DNA of 64,000 nucleotides, from contig JBFXLE010000010.1 of NCBI GenBank assembly GCA_050173015.1, positions 53,722-117,721 on the forward strand, in the 5' to 3' direction. Each line of letters starts with the position of its first letter. The first letter of the stretch is position 1. A program made the translations under genes and the position numbers. This document shows, one piece after another, positions 20,404 through 30,985 of the stretch. The notes beneath the pieces were generated by a model that saw only the letters and a list, made by a program, of their open reading frames with translations, had not been told where the DNA came from and did no database searches. This stretch comes from Calditrichaceae bacterium (lineage in GTDB: Bacteria; Calditrichota; Calditrichia; Calditrichales; JBFXGD01).

Positions 20404-21774
20404 TTAGAAACTAAACTTCAGACCAACTAAAACTTTTGTTGTCGTAATATCTTCTGTGGTTAAGGCAGTGCTTGTGTAAAGATAAGCCGATTGATTTTCC
20501 CATGTTCCTCGTGTATAACTCACATCAAGAGTAGTGCTTTTATCAATTTTATACCCGATGCCGCCGCTATAATATACCTTGTCAAAACCACCGTCACCCT
20601 CTTTTAACGGTGTCGGTACCCTCCGGTAACCGGCCCGAAGAAACATACCCGAATCCATGACATTGAATTCTCCGCCCAGACTGTATGAAAGAACCGCTCT
20701 GTAATCATCTCTGATCACCGCGTTTTCATCAAGCAAATCCCTGTAATCTGACGCGGAACGGTCTGAAGGAACCGCATACTCTACCTGTGACCAGTCACGA
20801 TAATCCATCGACGCGCTCAATAAAAAATATCTTTGCTGAAAAGAAATTCCGGCGCCGAATTTAAACGGGACCTTGATATCATAATCAAATTCACCGGATC
20901 CTAGATCGAGCGCTTCATAGCTGAGATCATCATATCCAATTTCATCATTTTCCGACCAGGATTCATCTACCGTCAGGGTCATCGGGAATGTAATTGTCGC
21001 TCCCAGCCTCACCTGCTCAGATATACGGAACAGTCCGCCCAGCTTCAGTTCAAGACCTGAATAATCGCTTACTATTTTTTGCTGATACAGATAATAATCG
21101 AAGTCAATCGGATTCGTATCGAATCTGTAAATATTGTCTATGTCTTCCTGCAGATAGTCGGAAGTATATGTACTGCTTCCACCATAAAAATTGATGGTCA
21201 GACCCGCTGAGAAATTTGGAGAAAGATCCATTGCCGCGCCGAATGACCATTGACTCAGATTACCGTCATTATAAACTGTCTGCGTGCGTTGGACCCCGCT
21301 GTCAAAATACACTTCACCGATCTGATCGCCGTAATCAAAGTATAATCCGTTGCTGTTACTGTCATAACCCGAGAAATTCAGAAAACTGTCTAAATCCTTT
21401 ATACGCTGATATCCAAAGGCGAAAACCAGGCTGCCTCTCAGAACCGGAAACGGATACGCGATCCCGATGCTTTGCAATTTTGTAAAAGTCCGGTTATCCG
21501 ACAAATCTGATCCGTAATATCTGGCGCTGTTATCAAAATTGAGATTGTACAAGTCTCCCCAGACCTGACCCTGGCGCATCTGAGCGAGTCCCGCGGGATT
21601 AAAGTAAATTGCTGAATAATCATCCGCGACTCCTGTGTAGGCGTTTCCCATCGCCGCGGCCCGCGCTCCGATTCCACCTTCATTTTCAAGCAGTTCAATG
21701 GCTTCATCCGCGCTCTGGGCGATTAGCTGATTTATAAATATAAGTGTAAACATTATTAACAGTAAGTTTCGCAT
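20404..21774 (-). CDS. OmpP1/FadL-family outer membrane transport protein
   Basis: GARAAAMGNAYTGVADDYSAIYFNPAGLA N-terminal signature; C-terminal Phe. Confidence 0.88.
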   Translation of the reverse strand: MRNLLLIMFTLIFINQLIAQSADEAIELLENEGGIGARAAAMGNAYTGVADDYSAIYFNPAGLAQMRQGQVWGDLYNLNFDNSARYYGSDLSDNRTFTKLQSIGIAYPFPVLRGSLVFAFGYQRIKDLDSFLNFSGYDSNSNGLYFDYGDQIGEVYFDSGVQRTQTVYNDGNLSQWSFGAAMDLSPNFSAGLTINFYGGSSTYTSDYLQEDIDNIYRFDTNPIDFDYYLYQQKIVSDYSGLELKLGGLFRISEQVRLGATITFPMTLTVDESWSENDEIGYDDLSYEALDLGSGEFDYDIKVPFKFGAGISFQQRYFLLSASMDYRDWSQVEYAVPSDRSASDYRDLLDENAVIRDDYRAVLSYSLGGEFNVMDSGMFLRAGYRRVPTPLKEGDGGFDKVYYSGGIGYKIDKSTTLDVSYTRGTWENQSAYLYTSTALTTEDITTTKVLVGLKFSF

Positions 21775-21797
21775 GGTTCCTTCCTTTCTCAGAATGA

Positions 21798-22928
21798 TTA
21801 TCTGCGCGACCGAGTGCTGCTTTTACCTGATGAACCAGAACTTGATGATTTGCTGCTGCTTCCCGATGATTTCGCCGGCGTCGATCTGACTGTTGATGTT
21901 GAACGTGACGGCGGACTATAACTGCTCTTACTTCCGGATGATTTTGTTGACCCGGATCTGGAAACCGATGAACTGCTTCTCGGCTTACTCACCGTTGATT
22001 TTTTATCCGAACCCGAATCACTGCTCTTTTTCGCGTCAGTCCCTCGTTTTTTGGTACTTGAAGTTGTCGTGCGGTAATACTTGCGAACCGGTGTGTTTTT
22101 GCTTCGCTCAACAGCCTTATCCTGCGCGCCTGAATTCTGCCCGTCCCTGACGGTATTTGTTTCTGAATTATCTTGAGTACGCTTTACTCTTGTCGTTTTG
22201 TCTGTACGACCGGATTTTGTGTCTGTTCTGCCGGAAGATTTTGAATCACCCTGATTCACCGTTCTTACAGGTCTGCTGCTGACTTCCGTGCTCCGGGTTT
22301 TACCTTCGGAGCTTTCACCCGGGCTGCCTGAAACAGCGCCGGCGCCGGGAGCCTGCCGCACCGGGACAAACGTTTGCTGATCATTGTTTCTGGAACTCAC
22401 CTCGCTGCTTGTCCTCGCTGAGCGGACAACACCGGACGCGGATGACTGGCGTTTGTTGAAAGAGCGCTTTTCATAATTTTTCCACGAATAATAATTGTTG
22501 TCGTAATGATGATAGTATGGATAACCATAGTAATAGTCATGATAATACGGACCATAGCCAAAAGTATAGATCGGATACCAGCGGTCATAAGGCCAATACC
22601 ATCTGTCATAATGATGCGCCCATGGATAGGCGGAGATTACAATATAGGGTCCGGAATAATAATATGAATCATACCATGGATCCCAGGGATCATAAACTGA
22701 ATAACGGTAACTGTAAACGGCAGGATAATCATAAATATAATACCGGGATATATAGGTGTTCCCCTGTTCATCCTCATAATAGACTTCTTCATCATAATAT
22801 GGTTCTTCCTGCTCGGTGTACACTGCATCATCCCGATGCGCAAGGGCAAGCTGAGTATAACATGAAGTTGTTATAAGACTCATCACTGCCGTTAGGATCA
22901 GGATCTTGATTAAACTTATCCTGTTCAT
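21798..22928 (-). CDS. Lipoprotein with Tyr/Trp/Pro-rich N-half and Ser/Arg/Lys-rich disordered C-half
   Basis: Lipobox TTSC; ATG 22928 behind a GAGGAG RBS. Confidence 0.75.
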   Translation of the reverse strand: MNRISLIKILILTAVMSLITTSCYTQLALAHRDDAVYTEQEEPYYDEEVYYEDEQGNTYISRYYIYDYPAVYSYRYSVYDPWDPWYDSYYYSGPYIVISAYPWAHHYDRWYWPYDRWYPIYTFGYGPYYHDYYYGYPYYHHYDNNYYSWKNYEKRSFNKRQSSASGVVRSARTSSEVSSRNNDQQTFVPVRQAPGAGAVSGSPGESSEGKTRSTEVSSRPVRTVNQGDSKSSGRTDTKSGRTDKTTRVKRTQDNSETNTVRDGQNSGAQDKAVERSKNTPVRKYYRTTTSSTKKRGTDAKKSSDSGSDKKSTVSKPRSSSSVSRSGSTKSSGSKSSYSPPSRSTSTVRSTPAKSSGSSSKSSSSGSSGKSSTRSRR

Positions 22929-22967
22929 TTTATCACTCCTCAAAGTTAATCACTCAATATAATATAT

Positions 22968-22984
22968 GTCAAATATCATGCCAG
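22968..22984 (-). promoter_or_regulatory. Putative sigma-54 (-24/-12) promoter CTGGCATGATATTTGAC
   Basis: TGGCA-N6-TTGA with correct GG-N10-G spacing (-12 is GA rather than GC), 40 bp before the lipoprotein start. Confidence 0.55.
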
Positions 22985-23045
22985 ACTTTTTCCGGCTGTC
23001 AGCCCTTATTTGACGGGCGCCAATTAAAAATGAAGAAAAATATCG

Positions 23046-23092
23046 TGTAAACTCAGTTTACATGTAATCGGGTTGTGTAAACATCGGTTACG
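23046..23092. promoter_or_regulatory. Tandem enhancer-like boxes TGTAAACTCAGTTTACA and TGTAAACATCGGTTACG
   Basis: One perfect and one imperfect 17-bp palindrome, 30 bp apart, upstream of the sigma-54-like promoter. Confidence 0.55.
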
Positions 23093-23122
23093 CTGATTGG
23101 CTGTTCAATTCGCCATGGATCA

Positions 23123-23593
23123 TTAATCTCTCAGTGTCGCGACCAGGCGATCAGGGTTGAGCAGCAGCTCAAAAGCCGAGCTAATATCTTTAACGACGAT
23201 ATCCGCGGAATAGATCGATTCCACACAAATCCCTTCACCCTCTATAACCGCGATGCCAAGAAGAGAATTTTTCAGCATCAACCGGTCATTTCTTCCGTTC
23301 CCTATAGAAACAACATGAGAAATGCCCAATTGTTCCGTATATTTCAGCTTCCCGTCGGACTGGTTTTCCGAAGAAATGATGTGTATCCGGCAGGGATATC
23401 CTTTGAGTTCACGCTGCACACTGCCAAAGGTATCCGCTGTAAGGACATGCAGATCGAGCTGTTCTGACAGTTTTTCAAAATATCCCTTAACCTCCCCAAA
23501 CACCTTTCCGTCAAGGGCAAGCGTACCGTTATAATCCATCACCAGATGTTTTATCCGCAACAAACCCGATCCCGGTATATTGATTTCTATCAT
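23123..23593 (-). CDS. HAD-family hydrolase (soluble P-type ATPase-like)
   Basis: DYNGTLA, LTADTFG and IGNGRND. Confidence 0.85.
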   Translation of the reverse strand: MIEINIPGSGLLRIKHLVMDYNGTLALDGKVFGEVKGYFEKLSEQLDLHVLTADTFGSVQRELKGYPCRIHIISSENQSDGKLKYTEQLGISHVVSIGNGRNDRLMLKNSLLGIAVIEGEGICVESIYSADIVVKDISSAFELLLNPDRLVATLRD

Positions 23594-23595
23594 CC

Positions 23596-25053
23596 TTATG
23601 ATTTCTCCGGGTTGTTTTTAAACGGACCGGCTTCAATACCATATCTTTTGAGCATCTTATGAAGCCCCACCCGACTAATACCAAGAACCATCGCGGATTG
23701 TTGTATATTCCCGTTCATCTCACGCAGAGTATTTGTAATCATCGTTCGCTCCAGATCCGCGACAGCTTCCTTTAGATTATGATTTTTTTGAAGACTAAAT
23801 CCGGTTGAAATTTCCGTGTTTTGAAATCTCACGGATAACATATCCGCCGAGATGACTCCATGCTGATCTGCCAGGGTAACCAGACGCTCTATTTCGTTTT
23901 CAAGCTCCCTGATGTTGCCCGGATAATCGGCATTTGTCAGGATTTGAATCACCTCTTCATCCATCCGCTCTATTTCTTTTCCGATTCGACGCGTATATTT
24001 TTGCAAAAAATGACTGATCAGCTCCGGGATATCCTGCTTTCTTTCGCTCAGCGGCGGTAAAATCAGCGGGAAAACACTTAATCGATAAAAAAGATCTTCA
24101 CGGAAACGGCCATCCTGAACGTCTTTCCGGAGGTCTCTGTTTGTCGCGGCCACAATTCTTACATCAACTTTTTTAGTCTTTGAAGCGCCGACCGGTTTTA
24201 TCTCGCCCTCCTGGAGCACCCTGAGCAACCCCAACTGCAAAGCCGGAGTAGTGTCGCCTATTTCATCCAGAAAAACAGTCCCTTTATCCGCGGTTTCAAA
24301 CAGCCCCTTTTTATCCTGTATGGCGCCGGTGAACGCTCCTTTTACATGTCCGAACAGTTCGCTTTGCAGAAGCGTATCCGGAATAGCCCCGCAATTTTGC
24401 GCGACAAATATATTGTCTTTACGGTTGCTGTTATAATGAATCATCTTTGCCAGCAGCTCTTTCCCCGTCCCGGTTTCTCCCAGGATGAGCACGGTCGTCG
24501 GGGTCTCAACCACCTTCCGGACCAATTTGAATATCTTGAGCATCTTAGGACTGTGCCCGATAAAATTCCCCAGATCGAGTTGTTTTTCCACCTGTTTCTG
24601 AAGTTCGACATTTTCGCTGGCAAGCTGCCGGTTCGCCCGAAGAAGCTGTTCCTGCAGCTGAGTATTCCGCGCGGAAAGCCGGAATCTTTCGACGGCGCGG
24701 CGCACCGCCAGTTTGAGTTCATCCGGCTCGAATGGTTTTGAGATATACTGGTAAATCTGCGCCTGATTCACCGCGTTTATAGATGCTTCAATATCCGCGT
24801 AACCGGTGATCATGATCCTCACCGCTTCCGGCTGAATCTTTATGGCTTCGCTTAAAAAGGTCACTCCGTCCATTACGGGCATACGCTGATCGGCCAGAAT
24901 AACCGCCACATCGCGCTCTTTCAGGTGTTCGAGGGCTTCTCTGCCGCTTTCGGCAGTAAGCACGTCATAGTCACGGCGAAATATATGTTTCATTGTGTTC
25001 AATATTTCCGGCTGATCATCCACAATCAGGATGGAGTCTTTTTTCTCAGTCAT
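23596..25053 (-). CDS. Sigma-54-dependent response regulator (NtrC family)
   Basis: REC domain (ILIVDD, DQRMP), GETGTGKE, ELFGHVKGAFTGA, FLDEIG and Fis-type HTH. Confidence 0.95.
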   Translation of the reverse strand: MTEKKDSILIVDDQPEILNTMKHIFRRDYDVLTAESGREALEHLKERDVAVILADQRMPVMDGVTFLSEAIKIQPEAVRIMITGYADIEASINAVNQAQIYQYISKPFEPDELKLAVRRAVERFRLSARNTQLQEQLLRANRQLASENVELQKQVEKQLDLGNFIGHSPKMLKIFKLVRKVVETPTTVLILGETGTGKELLAKMIHYNSNRKDNIFVAQNCGAIPDTLLQSELFGHVKGAFTGAIQDKKGLFETADKGTVFLDEIGDTTPALQLGLLRVLQEGEIKPVGASKTKKVDVRIVAATNRDLRKDVQDGRFREDLFYRLSVFPLILPPLSERKQDIPELISHFLQKYTRRIGKEIERMDEEVIQILTNADYPGNIRELENEIERLVTLADQHGVISADMLSVRFQNTEISTGFSLQKNHNLKEAVADLERTMITNTLREMNGNIQQSAMVLGISRVGLHKMLKRYGIEAGPFKNNPEKS

Positions 25054-28000
25054 TTTTCTCTCCGGCGGCGCCTGACAATGGCAGCCTTATGATAAATTTA
25101 GTACCCTTTCCGATCTGACTTTCCACTTCAATCGTCCCCTTATGATGCTGAATTATCGAATATGAAATACTGAGTCCGAGCCCCGTGCCCTTATTGACAT
25201 CCTTTGTAGTAAAAAACGGATCAAAAATTTTCGGAATGACTTTAGCGGGGATACCCGACCCGCTGTCTTCAATCTCCACCGTCATAAATTTATCGTCAGA
25301 ATAGGTTCGCAGGCATATTGATCCTTTGCCCTTAATGGATTGCAGGGCGTTGGAAATTAAATTGACAAACACCTGATTCAACTGGCCGGGATTACATAAA
25401 AACCTGGGATCATCACGAAAATCTTTTATGATCTCTATAGATTCCGGGATTTGATGCCGTAAAATTTTTAAACTGCTTTCCAGTCCTGAAACCACACTTG
25501 CCTCTTTCCATTCCGCCTGATCCAGCCTGGAAAAATTTTTCAGATTCTGTACCAGTTCTTTTACTGTTCTGCTGCCGTTCTGACTGTCATTGATGATATT
25601 CCTCAAATCATCCAGGATCGCGGGGAACTGAGTAAAAACCGCGTGCTCCGGCGGGAGATCCAGTCCGGTCAGAATTTTATTGAGTTCATCCATATATCCG
25701 TTAAGAATATTCATATTCGCGTAAATAAAACTGACCGGATTATTTAATTCATGCGAAATTCCCGCCACCAGTTGTCCGAGGGATGCCATTTTTTCTGAAT
25801 GGATTAGCTGCGCTTCCTTCTGTTGCAATTCCCGGAACAGTTTCTGAAGTTCATTGTTTTTCTCATCCAGCTCGTTATTCGTCCTTTCAAGCTCGGTGAC
25901 ATATTGTTCTTTTAACCGGGCCGTGGTCAGTTTTTTTACCAGTTCGGCGGTTTCTTCTATATAATTATTATTCTCGATCGTGATGGCGGCCTGATTGGAT
26001 ATAGTGGAAATTAACTGGAGATCCTGCTGATTCAACGGAGACTCTGAATGATTCATCTCAAGCGCGATCAGTCCATAAAGCAGTTGGTTTCGCTTCACCG
26101 GAATGAGCACATTAAGGTTCGTCTTTCCGGGTGTCAAATCCAATGCGGTCCGGCCGCGGTTTATAATTTTCTCATGGATCAGCTGTTCTCTTTCTTTATC
26201 ATCAAAACGCAGCGTGGCGTTTTCTGAAAGATCTAAATTTGGCGGCACATAACCGGGTTTCATCTCACCCTGACCGTTGCAAAAGAAGGCGGCTTTCTCA
26301 ATTTCATTATGCTGAATAACAGTATCGACCAGTTTTTTGTACAAATCTTCATTACTGTGAATCTCTATCATCTGATCGCTTAATTCCTGAAGCAGCAATC
26401 TGAATCTCCCCCGCCGGCGTCTGATTTTAATCAGATGTTCAGAATACATAACCGAAACAATTCCGGCGAATAGCGTCAGCCCGTTCAGCGTAACCAACGC
26501 GTCGGTCATTACTCTCTGACTAAAAACAATAAAAACGATCAGCGATACAATAAACCAGACCGTGAGCTGCATGGAAATGCTGAATGCTGTCCACTGATAC
26601 CGTCTCAGACCCAGAGTAACATAACCGTAAAGCAGCGCGGAAAGCAGTATAAACAGCATAAGACTAAACCAGAATGCAGATTGCCCGGCCCGATACTTGA
26701 ATCCGTACCACCCGAAATACAGCCCGCCGATAAGCGTCCCATACTCCGAAACCAAATAGGATTTTCCCGGCGTCAAACCGGTCAGCGTGATTCGCTTGCC
26801 GGAAGGAAAAAGTATTTCGGCGTTAAACCCGGCATATTGCCCCGCGCCAAAATGAATAACCGGATCCGATGAAGACAGATACCCCTTATTTGCCGAAACT
26901 TCCCTGAATCCGATTAGTTTTTTCAGAGAATCGTTTCCCGTATAAAAATAGACCTTCGCGCCGATGGCATCTCTGTTGGAACGAACGCCCGTCAACCGCA
27001 GACTGATGAAGTTTTTATTGTTGGTGGGATTTAAATAAATCTGGCTGAATTCATCCTTATTAGACACAAAAATATCCAGGTCACCGTCCCCGTCGAGATC
27101 CGCGGCGGCGCTCCCCGTGCTGTAGGTGTGACGGGTATCCGCGTCGTACCCGGGAAGAAATCCGCCCTGCCCGTCACCGAGATATAGCCGGTTGATCCCT
27201 TTAATTGTCAGAAAACTGTCCAGCCAGCCGTCATGATTAAAATCTTCGAACAATAGCCCGTAAACACTTTGGCCGATACGATAAAACGGATGCGACGTGA
27301 CATTGACAAACCTGATTTTGCCCGGAAGTGATTCATTTCTGTAATAAAAAACAAACCCCTCCCTGGTGGCTACAAAAACATCCAAATCTCCATCGTTATC
27401 GATATCCGCGAAGGCCGCGCTGTTTGAAGAAATTGGCTGGGTAAGTGTCTGAAGATCCATTCGCAAAGGCGTGAAAATACCGGCGCCGTCATTTATCAGC
27501 AGATAGTCCGGGCTAAACCAATTGGCCACATATATATCCGGATCACCGTCCCCGTCAAGATCACCCGCGCATACACCCTGACTAACCGCCGAATCGATGA
27601 ATGATTCCGTCCAGATTTGTTCCCTGAATTTACCGTTACCCTGATTTATCAGCAGACGGTTGCTAAAATGTTCATCGCTGATGTAGAGATCCAGATAACC
27701 ATCCATATTTACATCGGTCCACAAGCCCTGATTTGCATCAACCGGCCCGGGCGCGTTCAGATTCCCGGTGGCGTCATCAAAGAGCACACCGCCGTTATTA
27801 TGAAACAGCGTGATCGTTTTTCCCCATCCGGCCAGAAAAATATCCGGCAGGCCGTCATTATCATAGTCGGCAGCGGATGAACCCAGTTCGAGATTCGTCT
27901 GACCGCGCGGCATGAGATATCCGCCAAGACCTGAATAAATCGTCCGGTCGATAAACGGGATAATCCCCCCGTTATTGATCAGCAGGCGGTTCAGATTTCT

Positions 28001-28213
28001 AAAACACACCAGATAAATATCGGGGTAGCCATCATTGTTAAAATCCCTGAAGGCGACACCGTATCCATCATCAATATCGGGAATCAGACCGGTAATCAAG
28101 TTCGATTTCAGCATTTGGAAATCAGCATCACTTTCAGAAGACGCGGCGGCCGAAAAAAAAGAAATTACCAGGATGAAAAAGGCAAATACGATCGTTTTGT
28201 AATATTTATGCAT
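25046..28213 (-). CDS. Membrane sensor histidine kinase with extracellular FG-GAP/CRTAC1-like (ASPIC/UnbV) domain and GAF domain
   Basis: Signal peptide, about 7 D-x-[DN]-x-DG-x-x-D repeats, [10 protein letters not shown]...[15 protein letters not shown], 3-4 TM, GAF-like segment, [11 protein letters not shown]-box, DSGSGI and FTTK..GTGLGL. Confidence 0.9.
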   Translation of the reverse strand: MHKYYKTIVFAFFILVISFFSAAASSESDADFQMLKSNLITGLIPDIDDGYGVAFRDFNNDGYPDIYLVCFRNLNRLLINNGGIIPFIDRTIYSGLGGYLMPRGQTNLELGSSAADYDNDGLPDIFLAGWGKTITLFHNNGGVLFDDATGNLNAPGPVDANQGLWTDVNMDGYLDLYISDEHFSNRLLINQGNGKFREQIWTESFIDSAVSQGVCAGDLDGDGDPDIYVANWFSPDYLLINDGAGIFTPLRMDLQTLTQPISSNSAAFADIDNDGDLDVFVATREGFVFYYRNESLPGKIRFVNVTSHPFYRIGQSVYGLLFEDFNHDGWLDSFLTIKGINRLYLGDGQGGFLPGYDADTRHTYSTGSAAADLDGDGDLDIFVSNKDEFSQIYLNPTNNKNFISLRLTGVRSNRDAIGAKVYFYTGNDSLKKLIGFREVSANKGYLSSSDPVIHFGAGQYAGFNAEILFPSGKRITLTGLTPGKSYLVSEYGTLIGGLYFGWYGFKYRAGQSAFWFSLMLFILLSALLYGYVTLGLRRYQWTAFSISMQLTVWFIVSLIVFIVFSQRVMTDALVTLNGLTLFAGIVSVMYSEHLIKIRRRRGRFRLLLQELSDQMIEIHSNEDLYKKLVDTVIQHNEIEKAAFFCNGQGEMKPGYVPPNLDLSENATLRFDDKEREQLIHEKIINRGRTALDLTPGKTNLNVLIPVKRNQLLYGLIALEMNHSESPLNQQDLQLISTISNQAAITIENNNYIEETAELVKKLTTARLKEQYVTELERTNNELDEKNNELQKLFRELQQKEAQLIHSEKMASLGQLVAGISHELNNPVSFIYANMNILNGYMDELNKILTGLDLPPEHAVFTQFPAILDDLRNIINDSQNGSRTVKELVQNLKNFSRLDQAEWKEASVVSGLESSLKILRHQIPESIEIIKDFRDDPRFLCNPGQLNQVFVNLISNALQSIKGKGSICLRTYSDDKFMTVEIEDSGSGIPAKVIPKIFDPFFTTKDVNKGTGLGLSISYSIIQHHKGTIEVESQIGKGTKFIIRLPLSGAAGEKND

Positions 28214-28227
28214 AACTCACCCAATAG

Positions 28228-28244
28228 TGTTAACTCAATTTACA
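28228..28244. promoter_or_regulatory. Third copy of the box (TGTTAACTCAATTTACA) in the kinase/protease divergent region
   Basis: Matches the 23046 palindrome at 15 of 17 positions; embedded in a longer AATAGTGT...ACACTATT inverted repeat. Confidence 0.5.
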
Positions 28245-28463
28245 CTATTCACCGGCATCTGGCAACAACGGGAGGAGAAATTGTAACGCTAACAAAAAAG
28301 ACTCATCTTGAGCAACCTCACAGACATTATAAATACAGAGATTATATTAATCATATTATACAGGCGTACGAAGATAAGATTTATGTCTATAAACAGCGAG
28401 CCTGATTTGTGAGTGAAACATTGTCCGGATGACTCCACGCGTTTAATAAGAAGGAAATTTAGA

Positions 28464-28787
28464 ATGAAACAATTAATTTTACTGTCTTTTTTGACTTTGT
28501 TTTTCATGTCCTGCGGATCCGGAACAAAAAAGCAAATTCAGTCCGCGCCCGTGATTGATCCGTTTGTGATGAACTGGTTTAAGGATAAGGTCAGCAAGAG
28601 TGAGGACACTCTTCCCGTGCTTGTATCGTGTCGTTCAGAAATTCAGGACATCTCTTTTCTAAAAATGAGCTCGGAAAATTATTATACGGGTCACATTACC
28701 CGTTCCCAGCTCGAGGAGTTAATGAAAGACGCGCGAATCATTAAAATTTCATCCGTAAAAAAGATCCCAATGTCTCCCAATAAATAA
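28464..28787 (+). CDS. Small lipoprotein resembling an S8 protease propeptide
   Basis: Lipobox FMSC from ATG 28464; aligns by eye with the N-terminal prodomain of the next gene. Confidence 0.7.
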   Translation: MKQLILLSFLTLFFMSCGSGTKKQIQSAPVIDPFVMNWFKDKVSKSEDTLPVLVSCRSEIQDISFLKMSSENYYTGHITRSQLEELMKDARIIKISSVKKIPMSPNK

Positions 28788-28797
28788 AGAGGTCGAA

Positions 28798-30930
28798 ATG
28801 AAAAAGTTTTTAATCCTTATTCTTCTGTTGAGCGGTTTTGTTTACAGTCAGACGGTTGATCCGTTTCTTCATCAATATCAGGCTCGGTTGGCAAAAAAGG
28901 CCGGTGCTGAGAAAATTAGTTTGATTGTCAGCGGCGATGATCATCTGACCGACTATTTACTTCAGAACGGTTTCAGATATCAGACAAAGACCGGCAATAT
29001 CGCGACGGTCACCATCCTCGCCTCAGACCTGCCAAAACTCATGAACGTAAAGGGGATACAAAAAATCACGCTTGGCCCTAAAAAGAAACCGATGAATGCC
29101 AGAGCGGTAGATTATCAGAATGTGGATGTTTCCTACAACGCGGGATACACGGGAGACGGCGTCATTGTGGGGGTGATTGACACCGGTATCGATTTCTATC
29201 ATCCGATGTTCAAAAAACAGGACGGCGCCACACGCCTGATGTATCTTTGGGATCAGACCGATGACTCCACTCAGGGAACACCTCCCGCGAATTATCAGAT
29301 CGGCATTGAATACAGCGCGTCTCAGATTGATATGGATTTTATGTCGGGCAGCCCTTATTCCATTGTTAAACAGAAAGACACCGACGGGCACGGGACGCAC
29401 GTGACGGGATCAGCCGCCGGTTTTAATTACACGATTTCACCGGATACGCTTCACGGCGGCGCCAGAGACGCCAACATTATTTTTGTAAAAACCACGTTCT
29501 CATCAGCGGATATCATTGATGGGATCAGTTACATTTTTGATAAGGCGGAAGCCGCGGGCAAACCGTGTGTGATCAATCTCAGCCTGGGCAGTCAGTTCGG
29601 GCCCCATGACGGCAGCGACGATGAAGCGAAGGCTATCGACGCGCTCACCGGACCGGGAAAGGTGATTGTGCGGTCCGCCGGAAATAATGGCGGTGACTAT
29701 GTGCACAGCTATAAAGAAAATGTTGTGGCAACCGACACTGTCAGGTTTGAATATGTTGATTACATGAATCTATGGATCGAGGCCGGTGACAACCTGCAGA
29801 GCGTTTCTCTCAAATACAGCGGCGGCTCCATTCTTAATGTCACTAAAAACAACGTAAAATCCGCAAACGGGATCGATGTTTATTTCTTCGCTGCAGATCC
29901 GAACAACAACCAGTTGTCCGTTTTTGTACTCATGGATAACGAGTCACTTGATGGTCAGACTTTTGACCTGATTTTGACCAGTTTAAGCGATGCCAATTCT
30001 TCCGGTACAATAAAAAGACACGCCTGGTCCGGTTCGGGGGCCATGTTGAATCCTTACGGCGGATTCTCACAGGGTACCAGTTACGGATCCTATCTGCACT
30101 ATCCATATACCCTGGGAAATGAAGCCTGCGGCAAAAAAGTGGTTGCTGTCGGCGCGTTCAAATCACTTAAATCATGGCCCTCTGTCGATGGCAAGAACTA
30201 TGAATTTCTGATATCCGGAGAAGAGGGCGGGATCGCTGATTTCAGCGCCATCGGGCCAACGGTTGACGGTAGGAATAAACCCGACATCATCGCCGGAGGA
30301 ACCATCATTCTCTCCGCCAGAAGTAATGACGCCTCGTATGATGATCCATTCTTACCACCGGCGCCCTATACCGATCATTACGCCTATATGCAGGGTACCT
30401 CCATGTCGTCTCCCGTAGCCGCGGGAGCCATTGCCCTTTTACTGGAAAAAAATTCCTCCTGGAGTTACACGGAGGCGCTTGATTATCTTTCTCATCACGC
30501 GCAAGGCACTTCATCAACTTATTCAACGAGTGAGGTTATCGTTAAAAGCAATCCCAATGTATGGGACCGGGTATTTGGCTACGGAGCCATCGATTTGACC
30601 GATGCTTTCACACCAACGGCGATCACGGATGACGAGCCGTTTGTCGCGCGGGAATACAGCCTGGAACAGAATTATCCGAATCCGTTTAATCCATCGACCA
30701 CCATCGCGTTTGATCTGAAAAATGAAACCAATATTCAGTTAAAAATCTATGACGTTTTAGGAAAAGAAGTCAGGAGTCTGGCCGACGGGAAATTTACAGC
30801 CGGTAAACATCAGATATCCTGGGACGGAAAAAACAGCCACGGCAGTTTGTTGAGTTCGGGTGTTTATTTTTATGAGCTCAGCGCCGCGGACGGATTCAAA
30901 ACCCGCCGAAAGATGATTTTGATGAAATAG
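28798..30930 (+). CDS. S8 (subtilisin-like) serine protease with C-terminal FlgD-Ig/T9SS-type-A-like domain
   Basis: IDTGID, HGTHVTG and GTSMSSP triad; NYPNPFNPSTTI...IYDVLG...SGVYFY tail. Confidence 0.93.
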   Translation: MKKFLILILLLSGFVYSQTVDPFLHQYQARLAKKAGAEKISLIVSGDDHLTDYLLQNGFRYQTKTGNIATVTILASDLPKLMNVKGIQKITLGPKKKPMNARAVDYQNVDVSYNAGYTGDGVIVGVIDTGIDFYHPMFKKQDGATRLMYLWDQTDDSTQGTPPANYQIGIEYSASQIDMDFMSGSPYSIVKQKDTDGHGTHVTGSAAGFNYTISPDTLHGGARDANIIFVKTTFSSADIIDGISYIFDKAEAAGKPCVINLSLGSQFGPHDGSDDEAKAIDALTGPGKVIVRSAGNNGGDYVHSYKENVVATDTVRFEYVDYMNLWIEAGDNLQSVSLKYSGGSILNVTKNNVKSANGIDVYFFAADPNNNQLSVFVLMDNESLDGQTFDLILTSLSDANSSGTIKRHAWSGSGAMLNPYGGFSQGTSYGSYLHYPYTLGNEACGKKVVAVGAFKSLKSWPSVDGKNYEFLISGEEGGIADFSAIGPTVDGRNKPDIIAGGTIILSARSNDASYDDPFLPPAPYTDHYAYMQGTSMSSPVAAGAIALLLEKNSSWSYTEALDYLSHHAQGTSSTYSTSEVIVKSNPNVWDRVFGYGAIDLTDAFTPTAITDDEPFVAREYSLEQNYPNPFNPSTTIAFDLKNETNIQLKIYDVLGKEVRSLADGKFTAGKHQISWDGKNSHGSLLSSGVYFYELSAADGFKTRRKMILMK

Positions 30931-30943
30931 TTACGATGATCAT

Positions 30944-30985
30944 GCTATGATTGGGAACCCGATTTCCCGATCATAGCTTTTTTTT
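30944..30985 (+). terminator. Rho-independent terminator
   Basis: GCTATGATTGGGAA...TTCCCGATCATAGC followed by T8. Confidence 0.8.
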
